Positions 44,240-57,500 of a DNA stretch of 64,000 bases are shown piece by piece. The notes beneath the pieces are model-generated. The model was not told the DNA's origin. It worked only from the letters and a program-made list of their open reading frames with translations, and searched no databases. The translations under genes were made by a program, and so were the position numbers. The stretch is from Eledone cirrhosa (lineage: Eukaryota). The stretch is taken from positions 22,072,001 to 22,136,000 of the forward strand of contig OZ024753.1 in the NCBI GenBank assembly GCA_964016885.1, read 5' to 3'. Numbering within the stretch: position 1 is the first letter of the stretch; every line of letters begins with the position of its first letter.

Positions 44240-47200
44240 AAGGTGTTGTACTAGTTGTTAGGGATACCAGTTGTTAGGGATAAAAGTTGTTAGAGATACA
44301 ACGGCCAATTCAGCGTCTACAAAACCTGTTTTATTGGTAGTATAACGTGAAATACAATAGAAACTGCCATAACAACTAGTATCTCTAGAGATACTAGTTG
44401 TTAGAAATACTAGTTGTTAGAGATACTAGTTGTTAGAGATACTAGTTGCTAGAGATACTAGTTGTCAGGGATACTAGTAGTTAGAGATACTAGTTGTCAG
44501 GGATACTAGTAGTTAGAGATACTAGTTGTCAGGGATACTAGTTGTTACAGATACTATAGTTAGAGATCTAACTATAGTATCTGTACCAACTAGTATCCCT
44601 GAGAACTAGTATCTCTAACAACTAGTGCCTCTAACAACTAGTATATCTAACAACTAATATCTCTAACAATTAGTATCTCTAACAACTAGTATCTGTAGCA
44701 ACTAGTATCTCTAACAACTAGTATCTCTAACTAGTATATCTAACATCTAGTATCTCTAACTAGTATATCTAACAACTAGCATCTCTAACAACTAGTGTCT
44801 CTAACAACTAGTATCTCTAACAACTAGTATCTCTAACAACTAGTATCTCTAACAACTAGTGTCTCTAACAACTAGTATCTCTAACAACTAGTATCTCTAA
44901 CAACTAGTATCTCTAACAACTAGTGTCTCTAACAACTAGCATCTGTAACAACTAGTATCTCTAACAACTAATATCTCTAACAACTAGGATCTCTAACAAC
45001 TAGTATCTGTAGCAACTAGCATCTCTAACAATTAGTGTCTCTAACAACTAGCATCTCTAACAACTAGTATCTCTAACAACTAGTATCTCTAACAACTAGC
45101 ATCTCTAACAACTAGTATCTGTAGCAACTAGTATCTCTAACAACTAGCATCTCTAACAAATAGTGTCTCTAACAACTAGCATCTCTAACAACTAGTATCT
45201 CTAACAACTAGCATCTCTAACAACTAGTATCTCTAACAACTAGCATCTCTAACAACTAGTATCTGTAACAACTAATATCTCTAACAACTAGCATCTCTAA
45301 CAACTAGTATCTGTAGCAACTAGTATCTCTAACAACTAGCATCTCTAACAACTAGTATCTGTAGCAACTAGTATCTCTAACAACTAGCATCTCTAACAAC
45401 TAGTATCTGTAACAACTAGTATCTCTAACAACTAGTATCTCTAACAACTAGTATCTCTAACAACTAGTATCTGTAGCAACTAGTATCTCTAACAACTAGT
45501 ATCTCTAACAACTAGTATCTCTAACAACTAGCATCTCTAACAACTAGTATCTCTAACAACTAGTATCTCTAACAACTAGTATCTATAACAACTAGTATCT
45601 GTAGCAATTAGTATCTCTAACAACTAGTATCTCTAACAACTAGTATCTCTAACAACTAGCATCTCTAACAACTAGTATCTGTAGCAACTAGTATCTCTAA
45701 CAACTAGTATCTCTAACAACTAGTATCTCTAACAACTAGCATCTCTAACAACTAGTATCTGTAGCAACTAGTATCTCTAACAACTAGCATCTCTAACAAA
45801 TAGTGTCTCTAACAACTAGCATCTCTAACAACTAGTATCTCTAACAACTAGCATCTCTAACAACTAGTGTCTCTAACAACTAGTATCTCTAACAACTAGT
45901 ATCTCTAACAACTAGTATCTCTAACAACTAGTATCTCTAACAACTAGTATCTCTAACAACTAGTATCTCTAACAACTTAGTATCTGTAGCAACTAGTATC
46001 TCTAACAACTAGTATCTCTAACAACTAGTATCTCTAACAACTAGCATCTCTAACAACTAGTATCTGTAGCAACTAGTATCTCTAACAACTAGCATCTCTA
46101 ACAACTAGTGTCTCTAACAACTAGCATCTCTAACAACTAGTATCTCTAACAACTAGTATCTCTAACGACTAGTATCTCTAACAACTAGTATCTGTAGCAA
46201 CTAGTATCTCTAACAACTAGTATCTCTAACAACTAGTATCTCTAACAACTAGTGTCTCTAACAACTAGTATCTCTAACAACTAGTATCTCTAACAACTAA
46301 TATCTCTAACAACTAGTGTCTCTAACAACTAGTATTTCTAACAACTAGTATCTCTAACAACTAGTATCTCTAACAACTAGTGTCTCTAACAACTAGCATC
46401 TCTAACAACTAGTATCTCTAACAACTAGTATCTCTAACAACTAGTGTCTCTAACAACTAGCATCTCTAACAACTAGTATCTGTAACAACTAATATCTCTA
46501 ACAACTAGCATCTCTAACAACTAGTATCTGTAGCAACTAGTATCTCTAACAACTAGTATCTCTAACAACTAGCATCTCTAACAACTAGTATTTGTAGCAA
46601 CTAGCATCTCTAACAACTAGTGTCTCTAACAACTAGCATCTCTAACAACTAGTATCTGTAGCAACTAGTATCTCTAACAACTAGTATCTCTAACAACTAG
46701 TATCTCTAACAACTAGCATCTCTAACAACTAGTATCTGTAACAACTAATATCTCTAACAACTAGCATCTCTAACAACTAGTATCTCTAACAACTAGTATC
46801 TCTAACAACTAGCATCTCTAACAACTAGTATCTCTAACAACTAGCATCTCTAACAACTAGTATCTGTAGCAACTAGTATCTCTAACAACTAGCATCTCTA
46901 ACAACTAGTAGCCCTGACAACTAGTATCTCTAACAACTAGTATCTGTAACAACTAGTATCTCTAACAACTAGTATCTGTAACAACTAGTATTTCTAACAA
47001 CTAGTATCTCTAACAACTAGTATCTCTAACAACTAGTGTCTCTAACAACTAGCATCTCTAACAACTAGTATCTGTAACAACTAGTATTTCTAACAACTAG
47101 TATCTCTAACAACTAGTATCTGTAACAACTAGTATTTCTAACAACTAGTATCTCTAACAACTAGTATCTGTAGCAACTAGTATCTCTAACAACTAGCATC

Positions 47201-50200
47201 TCTAACAACTAGTATCTGTAGCAACTAGTATCTCTAACAACTAGCATCTCTAACAACTAGTATCTGTAGCAACTAGTATCTCTAACAACTAGCATCTCTA
47301 ACAACTAGTATCTGTAGCAACTAGTATCTCTAACAACTAGTATCTCTAACAACTAGTATCTCTAACAACTAGTATCTCTAACAACTAGCATCTCTAACAA
47401 CTAGTATCTCTAGCAACTAGTATCTCTAACAACTAGCATCTCTAACAACTAGTATCTGTAGCAACTAGTATCTCTAACAACTAGTATCTCTAACAACTAG
47501 TGTCTCTAACAACTAGTATCTGTAGCAACTAGTATCTCTAACAACTAGTATCTCTAACAACTAGTATCTCTAACAACTAGTATCTGTAACAACTAGTATT
47601 TCTAAGAACTAGTATCTCTAACAACTAGTATCTCTAACAACTAGCATCTCTAACAACTAGTATCTCTAACAACAAGTATCTCTAACAACTAGTGTCTCTA
47701 ACAACTAGTGTCTCTAACTAGTATATCTAACAACTAGCATCTCTAACAACTAGTATCTCTAACAACTAGTATCTCTAACAACTAGTGTCTCTAACTAGTA
47801 TATCTAACAACTAGCATCTCTAACAACTAGTATCTCTAACAACTAGCATCTCTAACAACTAGTATCTCTAACAACTAGTATCTGTAACAACTAGCATCTC
47901 TAACAACTAGCATCTCTAAGAACTAGCATCTCTAACAACTAGTATCTCTAACAACTAGTATCTCTAACAACTATCATCTCTAACAACTAGTATCTCTAAC
48001 AACTAGTATCTGTAGCAACTAGTATCTCTAACAACTAGTATCTGTAACAACTAGTATCTCTAACAACTAGCATCTCTAACAACTAGTATCTCTAACAACT
48101 AGTATCTCTAACAACTAGTGTCTGTAGCAACTAGTATCTCTAACAACTAATATCTCTAACAACTAGTGTCTGTAGCAACTAGTATCTCTAACAACTAGTA
48201 TCTCTAACAACTAGTGTCTGTAACAACTAGTATCTCTAACAAATAGTGTCTGTAGCAACTAGTATCTCTAACAACTAATATCTCTAACAACTAGTGTCTG
48301 TAGCAACTAGTATCTCTAACAACTAGTATCTCTAACAACTAGTGTCTGTAACAACTAGTATCTCTAACAACTAGCATCTCTAACAACTAGTATCTGTAGC
48401 AACTAGTATCTCTAACAACTAGTATCTGTAACAACTAGTATCTCTAACAACTAGCATCTCTAACAACTAGTATCTCTAACAACTAATATCTCTAACAACT
48501 AGTATCTGTAGCAACTAGTATCTCTAACAACTAGCATCTCTAACAACAAGTATCTCTAACAACTAGCATCTCTAACAACTAGCATCTCTAACAACTAGTA
48601 TCTCTAACAACTAGCATCTCTAACAACTAGCATCTCTAACAACTAGTATCTCTAACAACTAGTATCTCTAACAACTAGTATCTCTAACAACTAGCATCTC
48701 TAACAACTAGCATCTCTAACAACTAGTATCTCTAACAACTAGTATCTGTAGCAACTAGTATCTCTAACAACTAGTATCTCTAACAACTAGTATCTCTAAC
48801 AACTAGTATCTCTAACAACTAGTATCTGTAACAACTAGTATCTCTAACAACTAGTATCTCTAACAACTAGTATCTCTAACAACTAGTATCTCTAACAACT
48901 AGTATCTCTAACAACTAGTATTTCTAACAACTAGTATCTCTAACAACTAGTGTCTCTAACAACTAGTATCTCTAACAACTAGTATCTCTAACAACTAGTA
49001 TCTGTAACCACTAGTATCTCTAACAACTAGTATACCTAACAACTAGTATCTGTAACAACTAATATCTCTAACAACTAGTATCTCTAACAACTAGTATCTC
49101 TAACAACTAGTATCTCTAACAACTAGTATCCCTAACAACTAGTATCTGTAACAACTAATATCTCTAACAACTAGTATCTCTAACAACTAATATCTCTAAC
49201 AACTAGTATCTGTAGCAACTAGTATCTCTAACAACTAGCATCTCTAACAACTAGTATCTCTAACAACTAGTATCTCTAACAACTAGTATCTCTAACAACT
49301 AGTATCTCTAACAACTATTATCTCTAACTACTAGTATCTCTAACATCTAGTATCTCTAACAACTAGTATATGTAACCACTAGTATCTCTAACAACTAGTA
49401 TACCTAACAACTAGTATCTGTAACAACTAGTATCCTTAACTAGTATCTCTAACAACTAGTATCTCTAACAACTAGTATCTCTAACAACTAGTATCTGTAA
49501 CAACTAGTATCTCTAACAACTAGCATCTGTAACAACTGGTATACTTAACAACTAGTATCTCTAACAACTAGTATCTGTAACAACTAGGATCCCTGACAAC
49601 TAGTCTCCCCAACAACTAGTATATGTAACAACTAGTATATCTAACAATTAGTATCCCTAACAACTAGTATTTGTAACAACTAGTATCCTTAACTAGTATC
49701 TCTAACAACTAGTAGCCCTGACAACTAGTATCTCTAACAACTAGTATCTCTAACAACTAGTATCTGTAACAACTTGTATCCCTGACAACTAGTATCCCTA
49801 ACAACTAGTATCTCTAACAACTAGTATCGCTAACAACTAGTATCTCTAACAACTAGTATCCTTAACTAGTATCTCTAACAACTAGTATCTGTAACAACTA
49901 GTATCCCTGACAACTAGTATCCCTAACAACTAGTATCTCTAACAACTAGCATCTCTAACAACTAGTATCTGTAGCAACTAGTATCTCTAACAACTAGTAT
50001 CTGTAACAACTTGTATCCCTGACAACTAGTATCCCTAACAACTAGTATCTCTAACAACTAGTATCGCTAACAACTAGTATCTCTAACAACTAGTATCCTT
50101 AACTAGTATCTCTAACAACTAGTATCTGTAACAACTAGTATCCCTGACAACTAGTATCCCTAACAACTAGTATCTCTAACAACTAGCATCTCTAACAACT

Positions 50201-50942
50201 AGTGTCTCTAACAACTAGCATCTCTAACAACTAGTATCTGTAACAACTAGTATCTCTAACAACTAGTATCTCTAACAACTAGTATCTCTAACAACTAGTA
50301 TCTCTAACAACTAGTATCTCTAACAACTAGTATCTCTAACAACTAGTATCTCTAACAACTAGTATCTCTAACAACTAGTATCTCTAACAACTAGTATCTC
50401 TAACAACTAGTATCTCTAACAACTAGTATCTCTAACAACTAGTATCTCTAACAACTAGTATCTCTAACAACTAGTATCTCTAACAACTAGTATCTCTAAC
50501 AACTAGTATCTCTAACAACTAGTATCTCTAACAACTAGTATCTCTAACAACTAGCATCTCTAACAACTAGTATCTGTAACAACTAGTATCTCTAACAACT
50601 AGTATCTCTAACAACTAGTATCTCTAACAACTAGTATCTCTAACAACTAGTATCTCTAACAACTAGTATCTCTAACAACTAGTATCTCTAACAACTAGTA
50701 TCTCTAACAACTAGTGTCTCTAACAACTAGCATCTCTAACAACTAGTGTCTCTAACAACTAGCATCTCTAACAACTAGTATCTGTAACAACTAGTATCTC
50801 TAACAACTAGTATCTCTAACAACTAGCATCTCTAACAACTAGTGTCTCTAACAACTAGCATCTCTAACAACTAGTATCTGTAACAACTAGTATCTCTAAC
50901 AACTAGTATCCCTAACAACTAGTATCTCTAACAATTAGTATC
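44240..50942. repeat. Satellite array 2, 16-bp monomer (consensus AACAACTAGTATCTCT)
   Basis: 16-bp period (e.g. AGTA at 50281 and 50297). Variants TAGCATC, TAGTGTC, CTGTAGC. Reverse-oriented monomers at ~44240-44300 and 44387-44564; forward from 44567. Confidence 0.98.
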
Positions 50943-51051
50943 AGCAATGAAGTAATGAATGGGACATTGTTTCCTTCGTGCCAACGTGACGATGCCATCT
51001 TTTATTGTTTTCTGTATTATTTACTGCTTGTGACGTCAATGGCGTTAGTAA

Positions 51052-51186
51052 CATAGGCTGACCAAGATACTCCCATGGAATGGCCAACTGAGATTTATTT
51101 TTCTACATAGTCCCTGAAAAGAGAGTTGAAATTAATGCATGCAAGACTTTACAGTTCTAGCATCACTCCTTCATAGTCAGCCTATG
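51052..51186. mobile_element. Possible 135-bp MITE
   Basis: Terminal inverted repeats CATAGGCTGAC (51052-62) and GTCAGCCTATG (51176-86), extendable to 14/16 matches. Flanked by AA on both sides; superfamily unclear. Confidence 0.45.
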
Positions 51187-51517
51187 AACTTCTCAGCCCA
51201 CCATATATATATATTATAAAGTAAAATACCAGAGGACAGACAGGTTTAATTTCCTTTATTATTTATTTCTGCACATTTCGGTGACGTGTGTATAAATTGA
51301 AATTAATGGATGCAAGATTTCACAGTTCTAGCATCACTCTTTCACAGTATGAAGAGTGTTGTTATAGATAAGGGCAAATGAACGGTGGAGTGTGAATGGA
51401 CACAAGGGATGTAAATAAGATGATCCCTAAACCCTTCAAAATTGTGCCGTCCCTTCTCCTCTCTACTCAAAATATTTATTCACAACTATATAGACGAGTT
51501 TAAGGCGCTGAATTGTC

Positions 51518-54500
51518 AGAGTCGTTAGTACTAGGAATAGAACGGTAGAGTCTTTAGTACGGGGGATAGAACGGTAGAGTCATTAATACGTCTGATAGAA
51601 TGGTGGTGGTTAGAACGTCTCATAGAATGGTAGAGTGGTTAGTACGTCAGATAGAATGGTAGAGAGGTTATAACGTCGGATAGAATGGTCGAGTTGTTAG
51701 AACGTCGGATAGAAGGGTAGAGTGGTTAGAACGTCAGATAGAATGGTAGGGTGGTTAGAACGTCTGATAGAATAGCAGAGTGGTTAAAACGTCAGATAGA
51801 ATGGTAGTGGTTAGAACGTCAGATAGAATGGTAGAGTGGTTAGAACGTCAGATAGAATGGTAGAGTGGGTAGAACATCTGATAGAATGATAGAGTGGTTA
51901 GAACGTCAGATAGAATGGTAGAGTGGTTAGAACGTCTGATAGAATGGTAGTGGTTATAACGTCAGATAGAATTGTAGGGTCGTTAGAACAGCAGGTAGAA
52001 TGGTAGAGTGGTTAGAACGTCTGATAGAATGGTAGAGTGGTTATAACGTCGAATAGAATGGTAGAGTTGTTAGAACGTCGGGTAGAATGGTAGAGTGGTT
52101 AGAACGTCGGATAGAATGGTAGTGGTTAGAACATCAGATAGAGTGGTTAGAACGTCAGATAGAATGGTATAGTTGTTAGAATGTCAGATAGAATGGTGGA
52201 GTGGTTAGAACGTCAGATAGAATGGTAGAATGGCTAGAACGTAGATAGAATGGTAGTGGTTAGAACGTCAGATAGAATGGTAGAGTGGTTAGAACGTCAG
52301 ATAGAATGGCAGAGTCGTTAGAACGTCAGATAGAATGGTAGTGAGGTTAGAACGTCATATAGAATGATATAGTGGTTAGAACGTCAGAGAGAATGGTAGA
52401 GTGGTTAGAACGTCTGATAGAATGGTAGAGAGGTTAGAACGTCAGATAGAATGGTATAGTTGTTAGAATGTCAGATAGAATGATAGAGTGGTTAGAACGT
52501 CAAATAGAATGGTAGAGTGGTTAGAACGTCTGATAGAATGGTAGAGTGGTTAGAACGTCAGATAGAATGGTAGAGTTGTTAGAACGTCAGATAGAATGGT
52601 AGAGAGGTTAGAACGGCATATAGAATGGTACACTGGTTAGAACGTCAGAGAGAATGGTAGAGTGGTTAGAACGTCAGATAGAATGGTAGAGTGGTTAGAA
52701 CGTCTGATAGAATGGTAGAGTGGTTATAACGTCGGATAGAATGGTAGAGTGGTTAGAACGTCGGATAGAATGGTAGTGGTTAGAACGTCATATAGAATGG
52801 TACAGTGGTTAGAACGTCAGAGAGAATGGTAGTCTGGTTAGAACGTCAGATAGAATGGTAGAGTGGTTACAACGTCTGATAGAATGGTAGAGTGGTTATA
52901 ACGTCGGATAGAATGGTAGACTGGTTAGAACATCAGATAGCATCGTAGAGTGGTTAGAATGTCAGATAGAATGGTAGAGTGGTTAGGACGTCAGATAGAA
53001 TGGTAGAGTTGTTAGAATATCAGATAGAATGGTGGAGTAGTTAGAACGTCAGATAGAATGGTTAGAACGTCGGATAGAATGGAAGAGTCATTAGAACGTG
53101 TGATAGAATGGTAGAGGTTAGAACGTCTCATAGAATGGTAAAGTGGTTAGTACGTCAGATAGAATGGTAGAGTGGTTAGAACGTCTGATACAATGATAGA
53201 GTGGTTATAACGTCAGATAGAATGATAGAGTGGTTACGACTTCTGATAGCATGCTAGTGGTTAGAACGTCAAATAGAATGGTAGAGTGGTTAGAACGTCA
53301 GATAGATTGGTAGAGTGGTTAGAACGTCCTATAGAATGGTAGAGGGTTTAGAACGTCAGATAGAATGGTAGATTGGTTAGAACGTCAAATAGAATGGTAG
53401 TGGTTAGAACGTCGGATAGAATGGTAGAGTGGTTGGAACGTCTGATAGAATGGTAGAGTGGTTAGAACGTCAGATAGAATGGTAGGGTGGTTACAACGTC
53501 AGCTAGAATGGTAGAGAGGTTAGAACGTCATATAGAATGGTACAGTGGTTAGAAAGCCAGAGAGAATGGTAGAGTGGTTAGAACGTCAGATAGAATGGTA
53601 GAGTGGTTAGAACGTCAGATATTATGGGAGAGTGGTTAGAACGTCAGATAGAATGGTAGAGTGGTTAGAATGTCTGATAAAATGGTAGTGGTTAGAACCA
53701 CAGAAAGAATGGTAGAGTGGTTAGAACGTCAGATAGAATGATAGAGTTGTAGAAGGTCAGATAGAATGGTAGTGGTTAGAACCTCAGATAGAATCGTAGG
53801 GTGGTTAGAACGTCAGATAGAATGATAGAGTTGTTAGAACGTCAGATAGAATGGTAGAGTGGTTAGTACGTCGGATAGAATGGTAGAGTAGTTAGAACGT
53901 CAGATAGAATGGTATAGTGGTTAGAACGTCAGATAGAATGGTAGAAGGGTTAGAACGTCAGATAGAATGGTAGTGCTTAGAACGTCAGATAGAATGGTAG
54001 AGTGGTTGGAACGTCAGATAGAATGCTAGAGTCTTTTGAACGTCAGATATAATGGAAGAATGGTTAGAACTTCGGATAGAATGGTAGAGTTGTTAGAACG
54101 TCGGATAGAAGGGTAGAGTGGTTAGAACGTCAGATAGAATGGTAGAGTGGTTAGAATGTCAGATAGAATGGTAGAGTGGTTAGAACGTCAGATACAATGT
54201 TAGAGTGGTTAGAATGTCAAATAGAATGGTAGCATTGTTAGAACGTCGGATAGAAAGGTAGACTGGTTAGAACATCAGATAGAGCGGTTAGAACGTCAGA
54301 TAGAATGGTAGAGTTGTTAGAATATCAGATAGAACGGTGGAGTAGTTAGAACGTCAGAGAGAATGTTTAGAACGTCGAATAGAATGGTAGAGTCATTAGA
54401 AAATGTGATAGAATGGTAGTGGTTAGAACGTCTCATAGAATGGTAGAGTTATTAGAAAGTCGGATAGAATGGTAGACTGGTTAGAACGTCAAATAGAATG

Positions 54501-57500
54501 GTAGAGTGGTTAGAACGTCAGATAGAATGGTAGAGTGGTTAGAACGTCTGATAGAATGGTAGAGTGGTTACAACATCTGATAGAATGGTAGAATGGTTTG
54601 AACGTCAGATAGAATGGTAGAGTGGTTAGAACATCTGATAGAATGGTGAAGTGGTTAGAACGTCTGATAGAATGGTAGAGTGGTTAGAACGTCTGATAGA
54701 ATGGTAGTGGTTAGAACGTCAGATAGAATGGTAGAGTGGTTAGAACGTCAGATAGATTGGTAGAGTGGTTAGAACGTCCGATAGAATGGTAGAGAGGTTA
54801 GAACGTCGGATAGAAAGGTAGACTGGTTAGAACATCAGATAGAGTGCTTAGAACGTCAGATAGAATGGTAGAGTTGTTAGAATATCAGATAGAATGGCGG
54901 AAGAGTTAAAACGTCAGATAGAATGGTTAGAACGATGGATAGAATGGTAGAGTCATTAGAACGTGTGATAGAATGGTAGTAGTTAGAATGGTAGAGTGGT
55001 TATTACGTCAGAGAGAATGGTAGAGTGGTTATAACGTTGGATAGAATGGAAGAGTTGTTAGAACGTCGGATAGAATGGTAGATTCGTTAGAACGTCAAAT
55101 AGAATGGTAGAGTGGTTAGAACGTCAGATAGAATGGTAGAGTGGTTAGAACGTCAGATAGAATGGAAGAGTGGTTGGAACGTCTGATAGAATGGTAGAGT
55201 GGTTAGAACGTCAGAGAGAATGGTAGAGTGGTTAGAACGTCTGATAGAATGGTAGAGTGGTTAGAACGTCAGATAGAATGGTAGAGTGGTTAGAACTTCT
55301 GATAGAATGGTAGAGTGGTTAGAACGTCAGATAGAATGGTAGAGTGGTTGGAACGTCTGATAGAATGGTAGAGTGGTTAGAACGTCAGATAGAATGGTAG
55401 AGTGGTTAGAACGTCTGATAGAATGGTAGAGTGGTTATAACGTCAGATAGAATGGTAGAGTGGTTAGAACGTCTGATAGAATGGTAGAGTGGTTAGAACG
55501 TCAGATAGAATGGTAGGGTGGTTACAACGTCAGCTAGAATGGTAGAGAGGTTAGAACGTCATATAGAATGGTACAGTGGTTATAAAGCCAGAGAGAATGG
55601 CAGAGTGGTTAGAACGATCGATAGAATGGTATAGTGGTTAGAACGTCAGATATTATGGGAGAGTGGTTAGAACGTCAGCTAGAATGGTAGAGAGGTTAGA
55701 ATGTCATATAGAATGGTGGAGTATTTAGAACGTCGGATAGAATGGAAGAGTCATTAGAACGTGTGATAGAATGGTAGTAGTTAGAATGGTAGAGTGGTTA
55801 TTACGTCAGAGAGAATGGTAGAGTGGTTATAACGTTGGATAGAATGGAAGAGTTGTTAGAACGTCGGATAGAATGGTAGATTCGTTAGAACGTCAAATAG
55901 AATGGTAGAGTGGTTAGAACGTCAGATAGAATGGTAGAGTGGTTAGAACGTCAGATAGAATGGAAGAGTGGTTGGAACGTCTGATAGAATGGTAGAGTGG
56001 TTAGAACGTCAGAGAGAATGGTAGAGTGGTTAGAACGTCTGATAGAATGGTAGAGTGGTTAGAACGTCAGATAGAATGGTAGAGTGGTTAGAACTTCTGA
56101 TAGAATGGTAGAGTGGTTAGAACGTCAGATAGAATGGTAGAGTGGTTGGAACGTCTGATAGAATGGTAGAGTGGTTAGAACGTCAGATAGAATGGTAGAG
56201 TGGTTAGAACGTCTGATAGAATGGTAGAGTGGTTATAACGTCAGATAGAATGGTAGAGTGGTTAGAACGTCTGATAGAATGGTAGAGTGGTTAGAACGTC
56301 AGATAGAATGGTAGGGTGGTTACAACGTCAGCTAGAATGGTAGAGAGGTTAGAACGTCATATAGAATGGTACAGTGGTTATCAAGCCAGAGAGAATGGCA
56401 GAGTGGTTAGAACGATCGATAGAATGGTATAGTGGTTAGAACGTCAGATATTATGGGAGAGTGGTTAGAACGTCAGCTAGAATGGTAGAGAGGTTAGAAT
56501 GTCATATAGAATGGTGGAGTATTTAGAACGTCGGATAGAATGGAAGAGTCATTAGAACGTGTGATAGAATGGTAGAGGTTAGAACGTCTCATAGAATGGT
56601 AAAGTGATTAGTACGTCAGATAGAATGGTAGAGTGCTTAGAACGTCAGATAGAATGGTTGAGTGGTTAGAACGTCAGATAGAATGGAAGAGTGGTTGGAA
56701 CGTCTGATAGAATGGTAGAGTGGTTAGAACGTCAGAGAGAATGGTAGAGTGGTTAGAACGTCTGATACAATGAAAGGGTGGTTATAACGTCAGATAGAAT
56801 GATAGAGTGGTTACGACGTCTGATAGAATGCTAGTGGTTAGAACGTCAGATAGAATGGTAGAGTGGTTAGAACGTCAGATAGATTGGTAGAGTGGTTAGA
56901 ACGTCTGATAGAATGGTAGAATGCTTAGAAAGTCAAATAGAATGGGAGTGGTTAGAACGTCTGATAGAATGGTAGAGTGGTTAGAACGTCAGATAGAATG
57001 GTAGGGTGGTTACAACGTCAGCTAGAATGGTAGAGAGGTTAGAATGTCATATAGAATGGTACAGTGGTTAGAAAGCCAGAGAGAATGGTAGAGTGGTTAG
57101 AACGTCAGATAGAATGGTAGAGTGGTTAGAACGTCAGATATTATGGGAGAGTGGTTAGAACGTCAGATAGAATTGGAGAGTGGTTAGAATGTCTGATAAA
57201 ATGGTAGTGGTTAGAACCACAGATAGAATGGTAGAGTAGTTAGAACGTCAGATAGAATGGTAGAGTTGTAGAAGGTCAGATAGAATGGTAGTGGTTAGAA
57301 CCTCAGATAGAATCGTAGGGTGGTTAGAACGTCAGATAGAATGATAGAGTTGTTAGAACGTCAGATAGAATGGTAGAGTGGTCAGTACGTCGGATAGAAT
57401 GGTAGAGTGGTTAGAACGTCAGATAGAATGGTAGAGTGGTTAGAACGTCAGATAGAATGCTAGAGTGGTTAGAACGTCAGATAGAATGGTAGAAGTGTTA

